A stretch of DNA of 63,355 nucleotides from an uncultured virus (IMG/VR IMGVR_UViG_3300025674_009014). Lineage: Duplodnaviria > Heunggongvirae > Uroviricota > Caudoviricetes. Both the position numbers and the translations under genes were made by a program. Location of the stretch: IMG/VR virus record IMGVR_UViG_3300025674_009014, one strand, 5' to 3'. Below, one piece after another: positions 30,501-40,906 of the stretch. Below the pieces are notes generated by a model. The model searched no databases. It was not told the origin of the DNA and worked only from the letters and a program-made list of their open reading frames with translations. Within the stretch, counting starts at the first letter, position 1. Every line of letters starts with the position of its first letter.

Positions 30501-31982
30501 GTTCTTAGTAGAATAATTTTAAGTAATCCCGTAAGTTATACCAAGAATAATCTTTTCATAAATGAAGATTATTCCAATCTATTATTAGAAGACGGATTGT
30601 CATTATTAGGATTAGAAAATTATCAATATACCGAAGGATTAATTTCAAATTTTAGAGTAAATGATACTTTAAATCAAAGACTGAGTAATGGACATATTAT
30701 TACAACATCTGTTTTTAAAACAGAAACGGATAGTTCAAACAATAGGGTAATATTAGTGCATAATTCTGATTCATTAAATCTGGATCTAAGTTTAAATGTT
30801 TATACTAATGATACGACATCATCTTTAATCAGTTTTGATTCTAATTTAATTATTTCTAATACTTATGCATATAAAATACCTAAGATAGTCAATACAAGTT
30901 ATAATGTGAGAGATATAATAATAGAAACAGAATTAGATCATTCATTGGAAAATGATAATCGCATAACAATTTTAGACTCTAAACCATATAATGAATTAAA
31001 AATTTATGATGGAACTTATAATATTAAAGTGTTGGATAATAAAAGATTTCAAATTAGCACAACATTTTTAATTAGAAATGATTCAGTACCAGATTTTTAT
31101 ACTGCAAATGTTTATGTGACAGAAGGATCAGATTTTCAAAATGATTTTAAAGAGGGTGATTTTATAATTTTTAATAATAATAATTTAGAATCAGAGGTGC
31201 GCTCTATTATTAACTCATCTTGCATTTCTTTGGGAACAAGAATAACTTCAGATAAAACTGGTTCTTATAATTTGATAACCGAAAATTATCCTCCAGATAA
31301 CATCATATTAGAAGAAGAAGATGATGATGGTGGTGTGATAAATTTAACTCTTAATCAGAGAATATCAGATTTGACATCTTATGACAATAAGAATTACGAG
31401 TCTCATTTAATATTAGAACAAACTGTCAGAGGTTATACTACAGCAAATGGATTGAATGATGGACGCACAACTCTAGTTGGAATAAATTCTAAATTTCATT
31501 TGGATTTAATGGTTAATGATATAATAGCATTAACAACTAAAGAAGATATGACCTCAAAGATATTACAGATAAATGATTTTAATATTTTAATTTTAGAAGA
31601 TGATTTTAATCTTATAATAGATAATGATGGTATAAGTAGATTGATAGCGGAAGATTCTATAGAAAATCAAGAATTAGTTTTGAGTAGGCCATTAGGTAAT
31701 GGTACAGATGAACAAGAAATTATTTTATTTTCGACTAGAAATTTAGATTTAGAAGAAACAGATGATATAATGTTCTTAAATGTTCCATATGATGGATCTA
31801 ATAATTATATCAGAGTCAATGATTCATCGGCAAGAAAAGATGAAGGTTTACTTTTGCTTGATGATGGTGTTGGATCGAACAATCCTGCATATAATGGAAG
31901 TGTTTCATTATTGGGTAAAATATTATTTGAATCAAACACTCCATTTTATGATGTTAAATTAAAAACAGAAACAAAGTACTAA
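27501..31982 (+). CDS. 7: Baseplate wedge initiator, gp7-like, with inserted domains (1493 aa)
   Basis: IEQQLPSF..FLKTYYKW, YRSKGS..FLFKTLYN, YYQDYSYVLK..LIHPAGTKMFGE; lies between gp6 and gp8. Confidence 0.75.
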   Translation: MNNFLNDTENVLIEKRISNLIEQQLPSFLLEEGPEFARFLKTYYKWSELHELTVNDVVQFEFRFFTENDENFLTENDEIVILESVRNDFSAFINGETIIGQQSGASATVDRDTYLNSDKIYVKNLTRIDFIPDEIIKGQTSRVEARVNSFFKNPMFASRSLLKNIDLNTSTTTYIDLFFKQFLTDFDFNLEADKAHIIKHIVDVYRSKGSNISFDFLFKTLYNEQNLIYYTPKEDIFKLSSGQWVSNKLLRIESDDPLIYFEGRTITGKKSLSTAIVDRVDRFALGNLVVTELFLINPQGNFVIGETIKTNTVDDVYGEGVVRGVMTDVDIVNPGTDYVVGDILTITGGGGIEATAKVSEIASGILTDFEILDGGDAYTLESELTVNNFGTRGSGFAGRITEIQDAYTFHFNNDYIFNHAATFLDAFAYGMSGDPSCNISCRLIDALGFLKLNAGPISSIKTLVIGTGYESEPSISVIENQVLNFSDDSGVKILNLNPDPDDFIFTTAITGFFDASERIYSEDGNKVGTFFGLVLDENNTSNPSRMRVKNLEYLGVYGLGANDLTLDNSNYLNPDNPTIYDLRIVTGGKIGNSYNNFQFRRGLRANDENIDDANNYIDIEYTDEYTDMTADFQTLKFNIDTISKVNTDAIVTTTYKHGLETGLSVNISGADDDFYNGTHEIVVINNYSFKYTVDSLATTPVTGNLYYDEGMVIKFTTPYNHDPTDRFLLSAVDFESNEVIIGYNSGARATVNTGAAFSPNINKGSNAVVRGRSDENQSGAIADIEITNFGIGYSTSPSISATEIGAGNAVLTARIGAMADSPGKYFDENGFLSYNKKIFDGYYYQDYSYVLKNKIQFNEYEQVLKRLIHPAGTKMFGEYIIQADDLIFSFDNFITFEDGSPIFIEGENNNRFLAEKYFEPNHNVEFYRRKDIATYGSGTLVRIQGGNNIISTSNSIQKLSVDFDANSSVIIDDEQKFLITYGEFKLENYYKGKISSDTQNVLSRIILSNPVSYTKNNLFINEDYSNLLLEDGLSLLGLENYQYTEGLISNFRVNDTLNQRLSNGHIITTSVFKTETDSSNNRVILVHNSDSLNLDLSLNVYTNDTTSSLISFDSNLIISNTYAYKIPKIVNTSYNVRDIIIETELDHSLENDNRITILDSKPYNELKIYDGTYNIKVLDNKRFQISTTFLIRNDSVPDFYTANVYVTEGSDFQNDFKEGDFIIFNNNNLESEVRSIINSSCISLGTRITSDKTGSYNLITENYPPDNIILEEEDDDGGVINLTLNQRISDLTSYDNKNYESHLILEQTVRGYTTANGLNDGRTTLVGINSKFHLDLMVNDIIALTTKEDMTSKILQINDFNILILEDDFNLIIDNDGISRLIAEDSIENQELVLSRPLGNGTDEQEIILFSTRNLDLEETDDIMFLNVPYDGSNNYIRVNDSSARKDEGLLLLDDGVGSNNPAYNGSVSLLGKILFESNTPFYDVKLKTETKY

Positions 31983-31991
31983 CAAAAAAAT

Positions 31992-31999
31992 AATAAATA
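31992..31999 (+). promoter_or_regulatory. Late promoter AATAAATA
   Basis: 5 nt before the gene 8 ATG; no SD. Confidence 0.6.
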
Positions 32000-32004
32000 C
32001 TAAT

Positions 32005-33783
32005 ATGCCTAGACTTGTTACAGATAAATTCAAAATTCATATAGCAGAACAAATTGTTGAATCCGTTTCAGAAATAGACCCAACAAATTTGTATCTTTTT
32101 ATTGGTAAAACAGACCAATGGGAAGATGAAAACGATCCGCCTGCACCAACCCTATCGATTGCCAATACACATTTTAGGTATTGGGACGACATTTTATCAG
32201 CTAAAAAAATCACTCCATCTGACTTAAAACATGTCGTACCTAGAATTGAATGGTCCTTTAGTTCTAATTATACTGCGTACTCACACGATAATAATGAATT
32301 GTTCGATCAAGACTTTTATGTTGTTACAGATGATTATAATGTTTACAAATGTTTACAGAATAATCTTTCTAATGGTTCTTCGACTGTAAAACCAACTGGA
32401 AATGGTTTAAGTATAATAGAAAGTTCTGATGGATATAAATGGAAATTTATGTATTCCATTAAACCTAATGACATATTAAAGTTTTCAAATGAAGATTTTA
32501 TACCAGTTCAAAAAGTTGGAATCGAAACGATTATCGGTAAACAAAAAGAAGTGGAGGATACTGCAATAGATGGAGCGATTGATATTATTTCTAAAACATC
32601 TAATGGACATTTTAAAGTCACACTAAAATCTAATCCTTTGGGTGATAATGGAGAAGCGCAGGATTTTATAGTTGGAGAAACGTTATATGGTCAGATAAGT
32701 AATACGTCTTGTCAATTGATTAGTTATAACTCTGGAAATACTCAAATAGTTATTCAACCTGTAGCGGAAAAATTTTTAGCAGACGAAATACTCATTGGAT
32801 TAACATCTGGGGCAAGAGCGGAAGTTTTAAGTGATCCTATTTCTACTTATGAATTTGCTGAAGGAATTTTTAATTCAGTTGAAAATACCACATCTATGTT
32901 TTTATCTGTTACGGCAAATAATTTATTAGATAATTTATATGTCAATTCTACAATATACATTACAAATAATGCTGCTCAAGGTGAACAATCAAGAATAAAG
33001 AGATATGATTCTCAATCTAGGAAAATTTTAATTGATCCTCCATTCGCAATTACACCTAATACTTCTTCCGGATACATAATTTCTCCCAGTATAGATATAT
33101 CAGGAGATGGCAAAGAATCGAAAGCAAGAATTTTAGGTAATTCTACGCATGGAATCACTGAAGTTGTTGTATCCAATAAAGGTTTTAATTACACTTATGC
33201 GAATTCAAGAATTTATGCCAATAGTACACATGGATCAGGCGCTGCAGCAAAACCTATAATAGGACCGGTAGGAGGTCATGGTAAAAATGCAATAGAAGAA
33301 TTAAATGGCAGAAGATTATTGTTAGATGTAACATTAAGTGGAAATGAATTCGGATTTTTTACAATATCAAATGATTATCGACAATTTGGTTTATTGAGAG
33401 ATCCATTAAATTTTGACGGCAATGGTTTTTATACAGCAAGTTACGCTAATCAGACGATAAAATTGAAGTTGATGGAAATGTCAGGACGTTTTATTGTGGA
33501 TGAAAAAATATATGTAGGAGATACTTTAAACGATAGTACCGCTAATGGTACATTTGTTGATTTTTCATATAGAGATGAGATTAGATTGTCTTCAGTTTTT
33601 GGGTCTTTCACTGTTGATTCATATATTAGAGGAGAAACTTCAGGAGCGACTGCAAAAATTGGAATAGTCACCGAAAGAGATTTGAAACCATATAGTGGAG
33701 ATATACTATATGTTGAAAATAAAAAAACTGTTCAAAGAATAGCTGATCAAGTTGAAAATTATAAGATAATTCTGGAGTTTTAA
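32005..33783 (+). CDS. 8: Baseplate wedge protein gp8
   Basis: YLFIGK..W, KKITPSD..VVPRIEW, FYVVTDDYNVYKCL.N, DGYKWKFMY, GGHG, SGDILYVEN. Confidence 0.9.
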   Translation: MPRLVTDKFKIHIAEQIVESVSEIDPTNLYLFIGKTDQWEDENDPPAPTLSIANTHFRYWDDILSAKKITPSDLKHVVPRIEWSFSSNYTAYSHDNNELFDQDFYVVTDDYNVYKCLQNNLSNGSSTVKPTGNGLSIIESSDGYKWKFMYSIKPNDILKFSNEDFIPVQKVGIETIIGKQKEVEDTAIDGAIDIISKTSNGHFKVTLKSNPLGDNGEAQDFIVGETLYGQISNTSCQLISYNSGNTQIVIQPVAEKFLADEILIGLTSGARAEVLSDPISTYEFAEGIFNSVENTTSMFLSVTANNLLDNLYVNSTIYITNNAAQGEQSRIKRYDSQSRKILIDPPFAITPNTSSGYIISPSIDISGDGKESKARILGNSTHGITEVVVSNKGFNYTYANSRIYANSTHGSGAAAKPIIGPVGGHGKNAIEELNGRRLLLDVTLSGNEFGFFTISNDYRQFGLLRDPLNFDGNGFYTASYANQTIKLKLMEMSGRFIVDEKIYVGDTLNDSTANGTFVDFSYRDEIRLSSVFGSFTVDSYIRGETSGATAKIGIVTERDLKPYSGDILYVENKKTVQRIADQVENYKIILEF

Positions 33784-33786
33784 GAA

Positions 33787-36700
33787 ATGCCCAAATTAAC
33801 ACAAAATTTTAATATATCACCATATTTTGATGATTTTTCTGAGGATAATGAATTTTACAGAGTTCTTTTTAGACCAGGATTTTCTGTACAGGCTAGAGAA
33901 TTGAATCAGATTCAATCAATCATACACAATCAAATTGAAAAATTGGGTGATATAAATTTTCAAAATGGATCTAGAGTTTTTGGTGGAGAATTAACATTAA
34001 ACACAAAAATAAATTCATTGACAGTCAAAGTGGAGTATTTGGGTGAAGAAATAGATGTAAATAATTTTATAGGAAGAACTATTCAAGGACAAACTTCATT
34101 AGCAAAAGCAGAAGTTGTTGCTGCATCTTTATATACAAATCAAGATAATAATACATTAATGATTAATTATTTTGGTCAAACTTTGTTTTTAGATGGAGAA
34201 GTAATTAATACGATAGATGATGGTGTATCGTATTTTGCAGTTGTTACAGATTTAAATGATGGGATAGCAAATGCTGAAACATTAATAACCAACAATTCAT
34301 CTAAAAATGGTTCTGTTGTTGGTATAAATGAGGGTATATTTTATCTTGGAGGTTATTTTCTTTTTGTTCCAACTCAAAATATCATACTAGATAAATTTTC
34401 ATCCTTTCCAACTTATAGAATTGGATTAGAAATTGATGAAAGAATTATTAATTCTGTGCAAGACACATCTTTATTAGATAATGCTTTAGGATATCCAAAT
34501 TTATCTGCACCTGGAGCAAATAGGTATAAAATTACTTTAGATTTGGTTAAAAAAGATTTTTTCGAAAAAGGAAAACAAGTAATCCCATCAGGAACTGCAT
34601 TTACAATCGATGAAAAAGATTATAAATCAGGTACAATCAGCGTCACAACAGCGGTTGATCATAATTTAAATGTTGGTGATACGGTTGTTGTTTCAGGCGC
34701 ATTAGAAAATGTTGTAAATGGTAAACATGTAATTTCTTCTATAGGTTCTAGTACAACATTCAGTTATAAGATATTAGGAAAACCACAATTTTCTCAAATT
34801 GCAGGTGATGTGGAATATATAAAAGGCATTGTTGATCCTATAGAAAAAAATTCAGATCCGGGTTTTATAGAATTGCTTAGAGTTGAGAATGGAGAAAAAA
34901 CAGAAGAAATATTTTATCCTATCATAGGAGATATAGAGAAAACTTTAGCAAGAAGAACTTATGATACCTCAGGTGATTTTTTTGTGAGACCTTTTTCTAT
35001 TGATATTACAGAACATAAAATATCTGGTATAGCATCACCTAGATCAGCGGCAAATACTCTTGAAGGTGTTTTCGGCAGTGGTACGAATTTTGTTGATGAT
35101 TTGAATCAAGGTGATGTAATATTTTTCTCAGGAAATACACAAAAAACTTCAATTGTAGAGACCATACAAAATACAACTTTTCTAGTAGTTCAAGCTGGAG
35201 GTTCTTTTAATTCTTCTTTGGGTAATGGATCAGACTTTCAAAGAATAGGTGTTGAGGATAGATTCACATTAGAAATTGGTCCTGGTAAAGCATATGTCAA
35301 GGGTTTTGAATTTGAAACTATCACAACAAAATATTTAGACTTGAAAAAGGCAAGAGATACTAGAACCGTAACAGCAGAACAACAAGTGTTGAACTTTGGT
35401 CCATATATCAGAGTAACTGATTTATTTGCAAATAATGTAATTGATACTGGAGTGGATACTGCGAGTGGCGGTGGATCTGGTATGGATATTATTGATTTGC
35501 ATATGGTGAAATGGCCTTCAACAGATAAAACTGATGGTACTGCTAATTTAATATCATCATCTGCAGATACGGATATTTCTTTTGTTGGTATAAATTTATT
35601 ATCCACAGATGATATTAATAGAACAAAAATAGGAACTGCAAGAATCAGACAATTAGATTATTTTGGAGGCAGATCTTCCTCAGTGGATTCAAAATATGCA
35701 ACTGATGTAGTTTCTACTTCAGATAGAAGTTATCATAGAACATTTCCTGCTATTTTTGATGCTCACCTTTTTGATTTCAGATTTAATAAGATATCAGGCA
35801 CCGCTGGTGCAAATAATGATGATCCAACAATTATAACATTGGATAATTATTTTCCTACACCAAATTGCTTATATGGTGCTACCATTACTGTCAATACAAG
35901 TTTTCTAGGTGTTGTTACAACTGACACTAGACGAATTATATCATATACAGGAACTAGCACATCTGGTACTCCTTCAACAACTTATACAGCAGTATTAGAT
36001 ACTCCATTAACACAACCTACAAGAACTGATAGCACAACATATTCAATTAATTTTTCATTGAAAGATGTTAGGTCTGGTATAAAAATAAAAAGTCCTGGAG
36101 GAGGAGTATCATTTATTACAGCTGCATTTAATGTTGATGTTTCTGGTAAGTCAACACTTACCGATGAAGGGGATACAATATTATTTGATAATAACGATGA
36201 TCAAAGAACATTATTATTTCCACTTAACAATAAAGCTATTGCATCCACTTCAGATCGTAAATATAAATTTAAAAGAACTTATGACACAAGATTAAATGGA
36301 AATACAGCTACAATATCTACCATATTTGGAACAAATGAAAAATTTTATCCAGGTACTGCATCGGATCTAACATTATCTGAAAGTCAAGCGGAACAAAATT
36401 ACGTAGTCACTGTTTATGAGCCTGTTGATGGTAATCAAACAGGTAGAGAAGGTGATTATGTGGAATTTTCAAATTCATCTGGAAGTGGTTTATCAAGTGG
36501 TAGAAGTATAAGAACGGAATTAGGAGGACAGAGATTAGTTATTGATGTGGGCACTGATCATCCGGCAAGTACAAAATATGACTATTCAGATAAATACGTG
36601 CATGTTGTAGCAACAATGATGTCAGATGATGCCACTGTTGGTTCTGATATAGGTAAAAAAACTTTAATAAGTGGTAATACATCAGGAGCAGTAGTAGATT

Positions 36701-39700
36701 CTAGATCATCGGTTTTTACCCCACAATTAACTCAGGCGCAGCAAGGACAACTAGCATTTGGAACAGAGTTGGATTATTCTCCTGGCGCTATTAATAGTTT
36801 AAAAATATCAGACATAAAAAATATAGTTGCAATTGTTGATTCTAGAAGTCCTATACAAAATGTATCAAATGTTATGGTATCAAGTGCAATATCTGCACAA
36901 CAGCAAGGAACATTTAGTGCATATGATGTTACTGATAATTTTATTTTTAATAATGGACAGAAAGATAATTATTATGATTATGGAACAATTACTTTAAAAA
37001 ATGGTGCTCCAAAACCATTAGGACAAATTTTAATTGTATTGAATTATTATACTCATCAAGGATTCGGACCTTTTACTGTTGATTCGTACACTTACCAGGG
37101 AACAGGCAATACACCTTATGGTCAAATACCTTCTCATACTAGTCCAGTAACCGGTAAGACATTTTTATTAAGGGACGTGATAGATTTTAGACCAAAGAGA
37201 GTTGGTATTGAAACTGATAATGGAGGCGGATCTTCAAATGTAAATAATATTTTAACAACATCAAATGTTTTTTCTCAAAAATGTATGCCTGATTATGATT
37301 TTGAATTTGAATGCGATTATGATCATTATTTACCAAGAAAAGATAAGATTGTTCTGAATAGAGATAGATCATTTAAAGTGATTCAAGGTATTTCTGACTT
37401 AAATCCAGTTTTACCTCCAGATGATGATGAATCAATAACACTCTATACTTTAGAACTACAACCATATACAACTCAAGTTAGTGATATTAAAATAGGTTAT
37501 GTTGATAATAAACGATATACAATGAGAGATATTGGTAAATTAGAAAAAAGAATAGAAAGTTTAGAATATTATGTAACTCTAAGTTTGATTGAAAAAGAAG
37601 CTGATAGTTTAGTAATAACTGATTCTAATAACAATGATAGATTTAAAAATGGAATATTAGTTGATGCTTTTCAAGGCCACAATATTGGTGACGTTTTAAA
37701 TTTAGATTATAAATGTTCCATTGATTTTAAAGATAAAAAATTAAGACCATCATTTTATTCCGATTCTCATAAATTCGATATTGATTCCGAAAATACAACA
37801 TTAGTAAATAATAGTGGTATAATTACGTTGCCATTTTCAAAATCATTATTAGTCAGTCAACCATTTACAGCTTCTTATGATGGAGTGAATACTAAAAAGA
37901 TTGAAAAAATTATGCCATCAGGAGCAATACAGAATTATATAGGAGCAGTATTTCTTGATCCTCAGAGTGATACCTGGTATGATGTTGATTCTAGAGTGAG
38001 TGTAAAAGTAAATATAGAAGGTCAATTTGACAATTGGCAAAAAATAAATTATAGATTTGGTCACGGATCACAATGGAAAGATTGGGAAGAATTTTGGTCA
38101 GGTAAACAAATCAATGATGAAGTAAAACTTGGACTAAATGAGGGTGAATCTACAATTAACGAGAGATCTACACCTCTAACGAATCAACAAAAAACTGTGA
38201 CTGGAATTACAACTGGAAATATACCTGAGCAAATAATTAAAACTTTTGGTAATAAGGTTTTAAATATTAGTATAGTTCCTGCTATCAGAGAGCAAAAAGT
38301 GACATTCGTTGCAAAAGGATTACAGCCTAATGATGTCGCTGATGATCCTAGAAATTATCACTATGCTTTTTTTGGAGATACAAGAGTAACACACTTTATC
38401 AAGCAGGCAAGTGTTATAACATTGAACAATGTCAATACCGCAAATGTATTTAGAACTACTCCTGGAAATTTCGAAACAATTAGAATATCCGGATCTGTGG
38501 CAGAAGCAGGAAATACTGCAACAGTTGTTTACATGACAAATAGAAATTCTTTAAATTCATGCTCTATTATGGTCACTAATATGTCAAATGAAGAATCATT
38601 TAGAGTAGGACAAACAATAATAGGTAATGATACAAATTGTAGTGGTACTATTGATAACATTGTAAATTATGATATTACTGATAATCAATTAACCGTGAAT
38701 CAAGATGGAGTTACTGCTGGAGAATTTTTCATACCGAAATCATTATTCAAAAATAGTGATACAATGTTTAAAATTGTAGATAATATTGATGATATACCTA
38801 CTTTAACAACATCTGTCGCAGAATCTACGTTTTATTCAAAAGGTATTATAGATAACAAAATTGAAAATGGTATAGTTTCTCCCAGACCAATAATTAGAAG
38901 AAGAAATAATATTTCAAGTGAATTGGTGAATGCTGATGTTTTAGATTCAAATGAAAATGGTTCTGCTAATTTTTATTACCCTTTAGCGCAAACTTTTTTT
39001 GTTGATAATGACCTGTATCCAAAAGGAGTGTTTTTAGAAAGTGTTGTATTATTCTTTAACAAAAAAGATAATACAGTTGGCGCTAAACCTCCTGTAACTT
39101 TGCAATTAAGACCTATGATAAATGGAAAACCTAGTCCATCTATAATTATACCTGGATCGGAAGTGATATTGACTTCAGGACAAATAACAGCAAATACTTC
39201 TATACCTGTAGCATCTACGACTACTGGTCAATTTCCTGCTCTAGAAAGAGGTAATACTAATACTGCTAATGAGAGAGGTTTAGATATTGGCTCTAAAACT
39301 ATTTTTAAATTTGATTATCCTGTTTATGTAACTTCTGGTGAATATGCAATTGTATTATTGACAAACAGTACATCATATGAATTGTACGGTTTTGATCAAG
39401 GTGCTTTCTTAACAGGAACTAATATCGCAAATAATTTAACCGCTAAAAAATTAAATTATGTCGGTAATCTTTTCAAACCAGTCAATTCTGGCAGTTATTC
39501 ACCGCAGCAAGACAGAGGTTTGATGTTTGAAGTATATAGATGTGAATTTACAGAAACAAGTGGTTATACTAATTTCGTAAACAGACAAACCTCATTAAAT
39601 GCCAATACATCAAATACAGTATTTGATTCCTTTAAGTTGATGAGTGATGGTTTAGAATTTGCGAATACTTTTGTAGATTTTAAACATTCTTTCACTGATA

Positions 39701-40689
39701 GAGATCAAACGACTAGAAATAGTGAATTTAGATTTTCTGCAAATAAAACGGTTGAATTACAAAAACAAAAACAAATTTCATATATTACTAATACTTCTGA
39801 TGATCAATATTCAAATTCATTGATGATAAATTTATATTTTGAAACTGCAAACACTTTGATTTCGCCTGTTATAGATAAGTCAAGATTGTCATTAATTACA
39901 GTAGAAAACTTAATTAACAATGGCGAATTGACAAATTCTAGTATTATTATCACTAATAACGGAACAGGATATGATACTGACATTAACGGAAACACTTCCG
40001 TATTTGTTGTATCTTTACCAGATTATGGAACCGATAGAGCAACATTAGCTGCCAATGTTCACGCAAATTCCAGTGTTAATCAAGTTTATATTGTAAATCC
40101 TGGATCGGGTTATGTGACAACTCCTACAGTAACTGTTTATGATGGTGGTGTTGCAGGAGATGATAGTTCCAATGTTGCTTCTACAGTATCGATGGAAATT
40201 AAAATAAATGGTGAAGGTGCTAAAGCATCAGAAATGTTGAGTGCTAATAAAGAACATTCTTTCGGTGGAAATTTATTATCCAGATATATTAGTAAAAGAG
40301 TTACATTAGAAGAAGGTTTCGATGCCAAAGATTTGAGAATTTATTTAGATGTATATAGACCTAGAGGAACTAACATTCATGTTTATTATAAAGTTCTTGC
40401 AGATGGTGATCAAGAAAATTTTGATGAAAAGCCTTATGTTGCTATGGTTCAAGAAACTGCTTCCTCTACTTTTTCATTAAATGAAGATGATACTAAAGAA
40501 TTTGTTTTCAAAACATTTGATCAATATATATCTTATACTAATCAAGACGGAACAGTTTTTGATAATTTCAGAACCTTTGCTATAAAAATAGCATTTACGG
40601 TAAATAGAGCATCACAAACAAATTTTATAGGTATTCCAAAAGTTTTAAATATGAAGGCAATAGCACTTGATAGTGCTGGGGTTGCATAA
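33787..40689 (+). CDS. VrlC-like / DUF4815 large virion structural protein (2300 aa)
   Basis: FNISPYFDDF..YRVLFRPG.SVQARELNQIQS, APGANRYKI, LARRTYDTSGDF, KRYTMRDIGKLEKRIESLEYY, RFKNGILVD, PLAQTF. Confidence 0.85.
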   Translation: MPKLTQNFNISPYFDDFSEDNEFYRVLFRPGFSVQARELNQIQSIIHNQIEKLGDINFQNGSRVFGGELTLNTKINSLTVKVEYLGEEIDVNNFIGRTIQGQTSLAKAEVVAASLYTNQDNNTLMINYFGQTLFLDGEVINTIDDGVSYFAVVTDLNDGIANAETLITNNSSKNGSVVGINEGIFYLGGYFLFVPTQNIILDKFSSFPTYRIGLEIDERIINSVQDTSLLDNALGYPNLSAPGANRYKITLDLVKKDFFEKGKQVIPSGTAFTIDEKDYKSGTISVTTAVDHNLNVGDTVVVSGALENVVNGKHVISSIGSSTTFSYKILGKPQFSQIAGDVEYIKGIVDPIEKNSDPGFIELLRVENGEKTEEIFYPIIGDIEKTLARRTYDTSGDFFVRPFSIDITEHKISGIASPRSAANTLEGVFGSGTNFVDDLNQGDVIFFSGNTQKTSIVETIQNTTFLVVQAGGSFNSSLGNGSDFQRIGVEDRFTLEIGPGKAYVKGFEFETITTKYLDLKKARDTRTVTAEQQVLNFGPYIRVTDLFANNVIDTGVDTASGGGSGMDIIDLHMVKWPSTDKTDGTANLISSSADTDISFVGINLLSTDDINRTKIGTARIRQLDYFGGRSSSVDSKYATDVVSTSDRSYHRTFPAIFDAHLFDFRFNKISGTAGANNDDPTIITLDNYFPTPNCLYGATITVNTSFLGVVTTDTRRIISYTGTSTSGTPSTTYTAVLDTPLTQPTRTDSTTYSINFSLKDVRSGIKIKSPGGGVSFITAAFNVDVSGKSTLTDEGDTILFDNNDDQRTLLFPLNNKAIASTSDRKYKFKRTYDTRLNGNTATISTIFGTNEKFYPGTASDLTLSESQAEQNYVVTVYEPVDGNQTGREGDYVEFSNSSGSGLSSGRSIRTELGGQRLVIDVGTDHPASTKYDYSDKYVHVVATMMSDDATVGSDIGKKTLISGNTSGAVVDSRSSVFTPQLTQAQQGQLAFGTELDYSPGAINSLKISDIKNIVAIVDSRSPIQNVSNVMVSSAISAQQQGTFSAYDVTDNFIFNNGQKDNYYDYGTITLKNGAPKPLGQILIVLNYYTHQGFGPFTVDSYTYQGTGNTPYGQIPSHTSPVTGKTFLLRDVIDFRPKRVGIETDNGGGSSNVNNILTTSNVFSQKCMPDYDFEFECDYDHYLPRKDKIVLNRDRSFKVIQGISDLNPVLPPDDDESITLYTLELQPYTTQVSDIKIGYVDNKRYTMRDIGKLEKRIESLEYYVTLSLIEKEADSLVITDSNNNDRFKNGILVDAFQGHNIGDVLNLDYKCSIDFKDKKLRPSFYSDSHKFDIDSENTTLVNNSGIITLPFSKSLLVSQPFTASYDGVNTKKIEKIMPSGAIQNYIGAVFLDPQSDTWYDVDSRVSVKVNIEGQFDNWQKINYRFGHGSQWKDWEEFWSGKQINDEVKLGLNEGESTINERSTPLTNQQKTVTGITTGNIPEQIIKTFGNKVLNISIVPAIREQKVTFVAKGLQPNDVADDPRNYHYAFFGDTRVTHFIKQASVITLNNVNTANVFRTTPGNFETIRISGSVAEAGNTATVVYMTNRNSLNSCSIMVTNMSNEESFRVGQTIIGNDTNCSGTIDNIVNYDITDNQLTVNQDGVTAGEFFIPKSLFKNSDTMFKIVDNIDDIPTLTTSVAESTFYSKGIIDNKIENGIVSPRPIIRRRNNISSELVNADVLDSNENGSANFYYPLAQTFFVDNDLYPKGVFLESVVLFFNKKDNTVGAKPPVTLQLRPMINGKPSPSIIIPGSEVILTSGQITANTSIPVASTTTGQFPALERGNTNTANERGLDIGSKTIFKFDYPVYVTSGEYAIVLLTNSTSYELYGFDQGAFLTGTNIANNLTAKKLNYVGNLFKPVNSGSYSPQQDRGLMFEVYRCEFTETSGYTNFVNRQTSLNANTSNTVFDSFKLMSDGLEFANTFVDFKHSFTDRDQTTRNSEFRFSANKTVELQKQKQISYITNTSDDQYSNSLMINLYFETANTLISPVIDKSRLSLITVENLINNGELTNSSIIITNNGTGYDTDINGNTSVFVVSLPDYGTDRATLAANVHANSSVNQVYIVNPGSGYVTTPTVTVYDGGVAGDDSSNVASTVSMEIKINGEGAKASEMLSANKEHSFGGNLLSRYISKRVTLEEGFDAKDLRIYLDVYRPRGTNIHVYYKVLADGDQENFDEKPYVAMVQETASSTFSLNEDDTKEFVFKTFDQYISYTNQDGTVFDNFRTFAIKIAFTVNRASQTNFIGIPKVLNMKAIALDSAGVA

Positions 40690-40904
40690 TGAAATTAAAA
40701 ACTGATGATCCTAATTATTTAAGAGATAGTTTTTCGAATGCTATTATTAGAACAGATAAGAAAAATTTAGAAATTCATAGATTAAAAGTGAAACAAAATA
40801 ACAATATAACCAATAATACAGTTGAAATAAATAATTTGAAAAAAGAAATAAATGAATTAAAAGTTATGATGAAACTTATTTTAGATAAAATTTCTCAGGA
40901 ATAA
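40689..40904 (+). CDS. Small coiled-coil protein after the VrlC-like gene
   Basis: LRDSFSNAII...INNLKKEINELKVMMKLIL; start overlaps the upstream stop (TAATG). Confidence 0.7.
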   Translation: MKLKTDDPNYLRDSFSNAIIRTDKKNLEIHRLKVKQNNNITNNTVEINNLKKEINELKVMMKLILDKISQE

Positions 40905-40906
40905 AA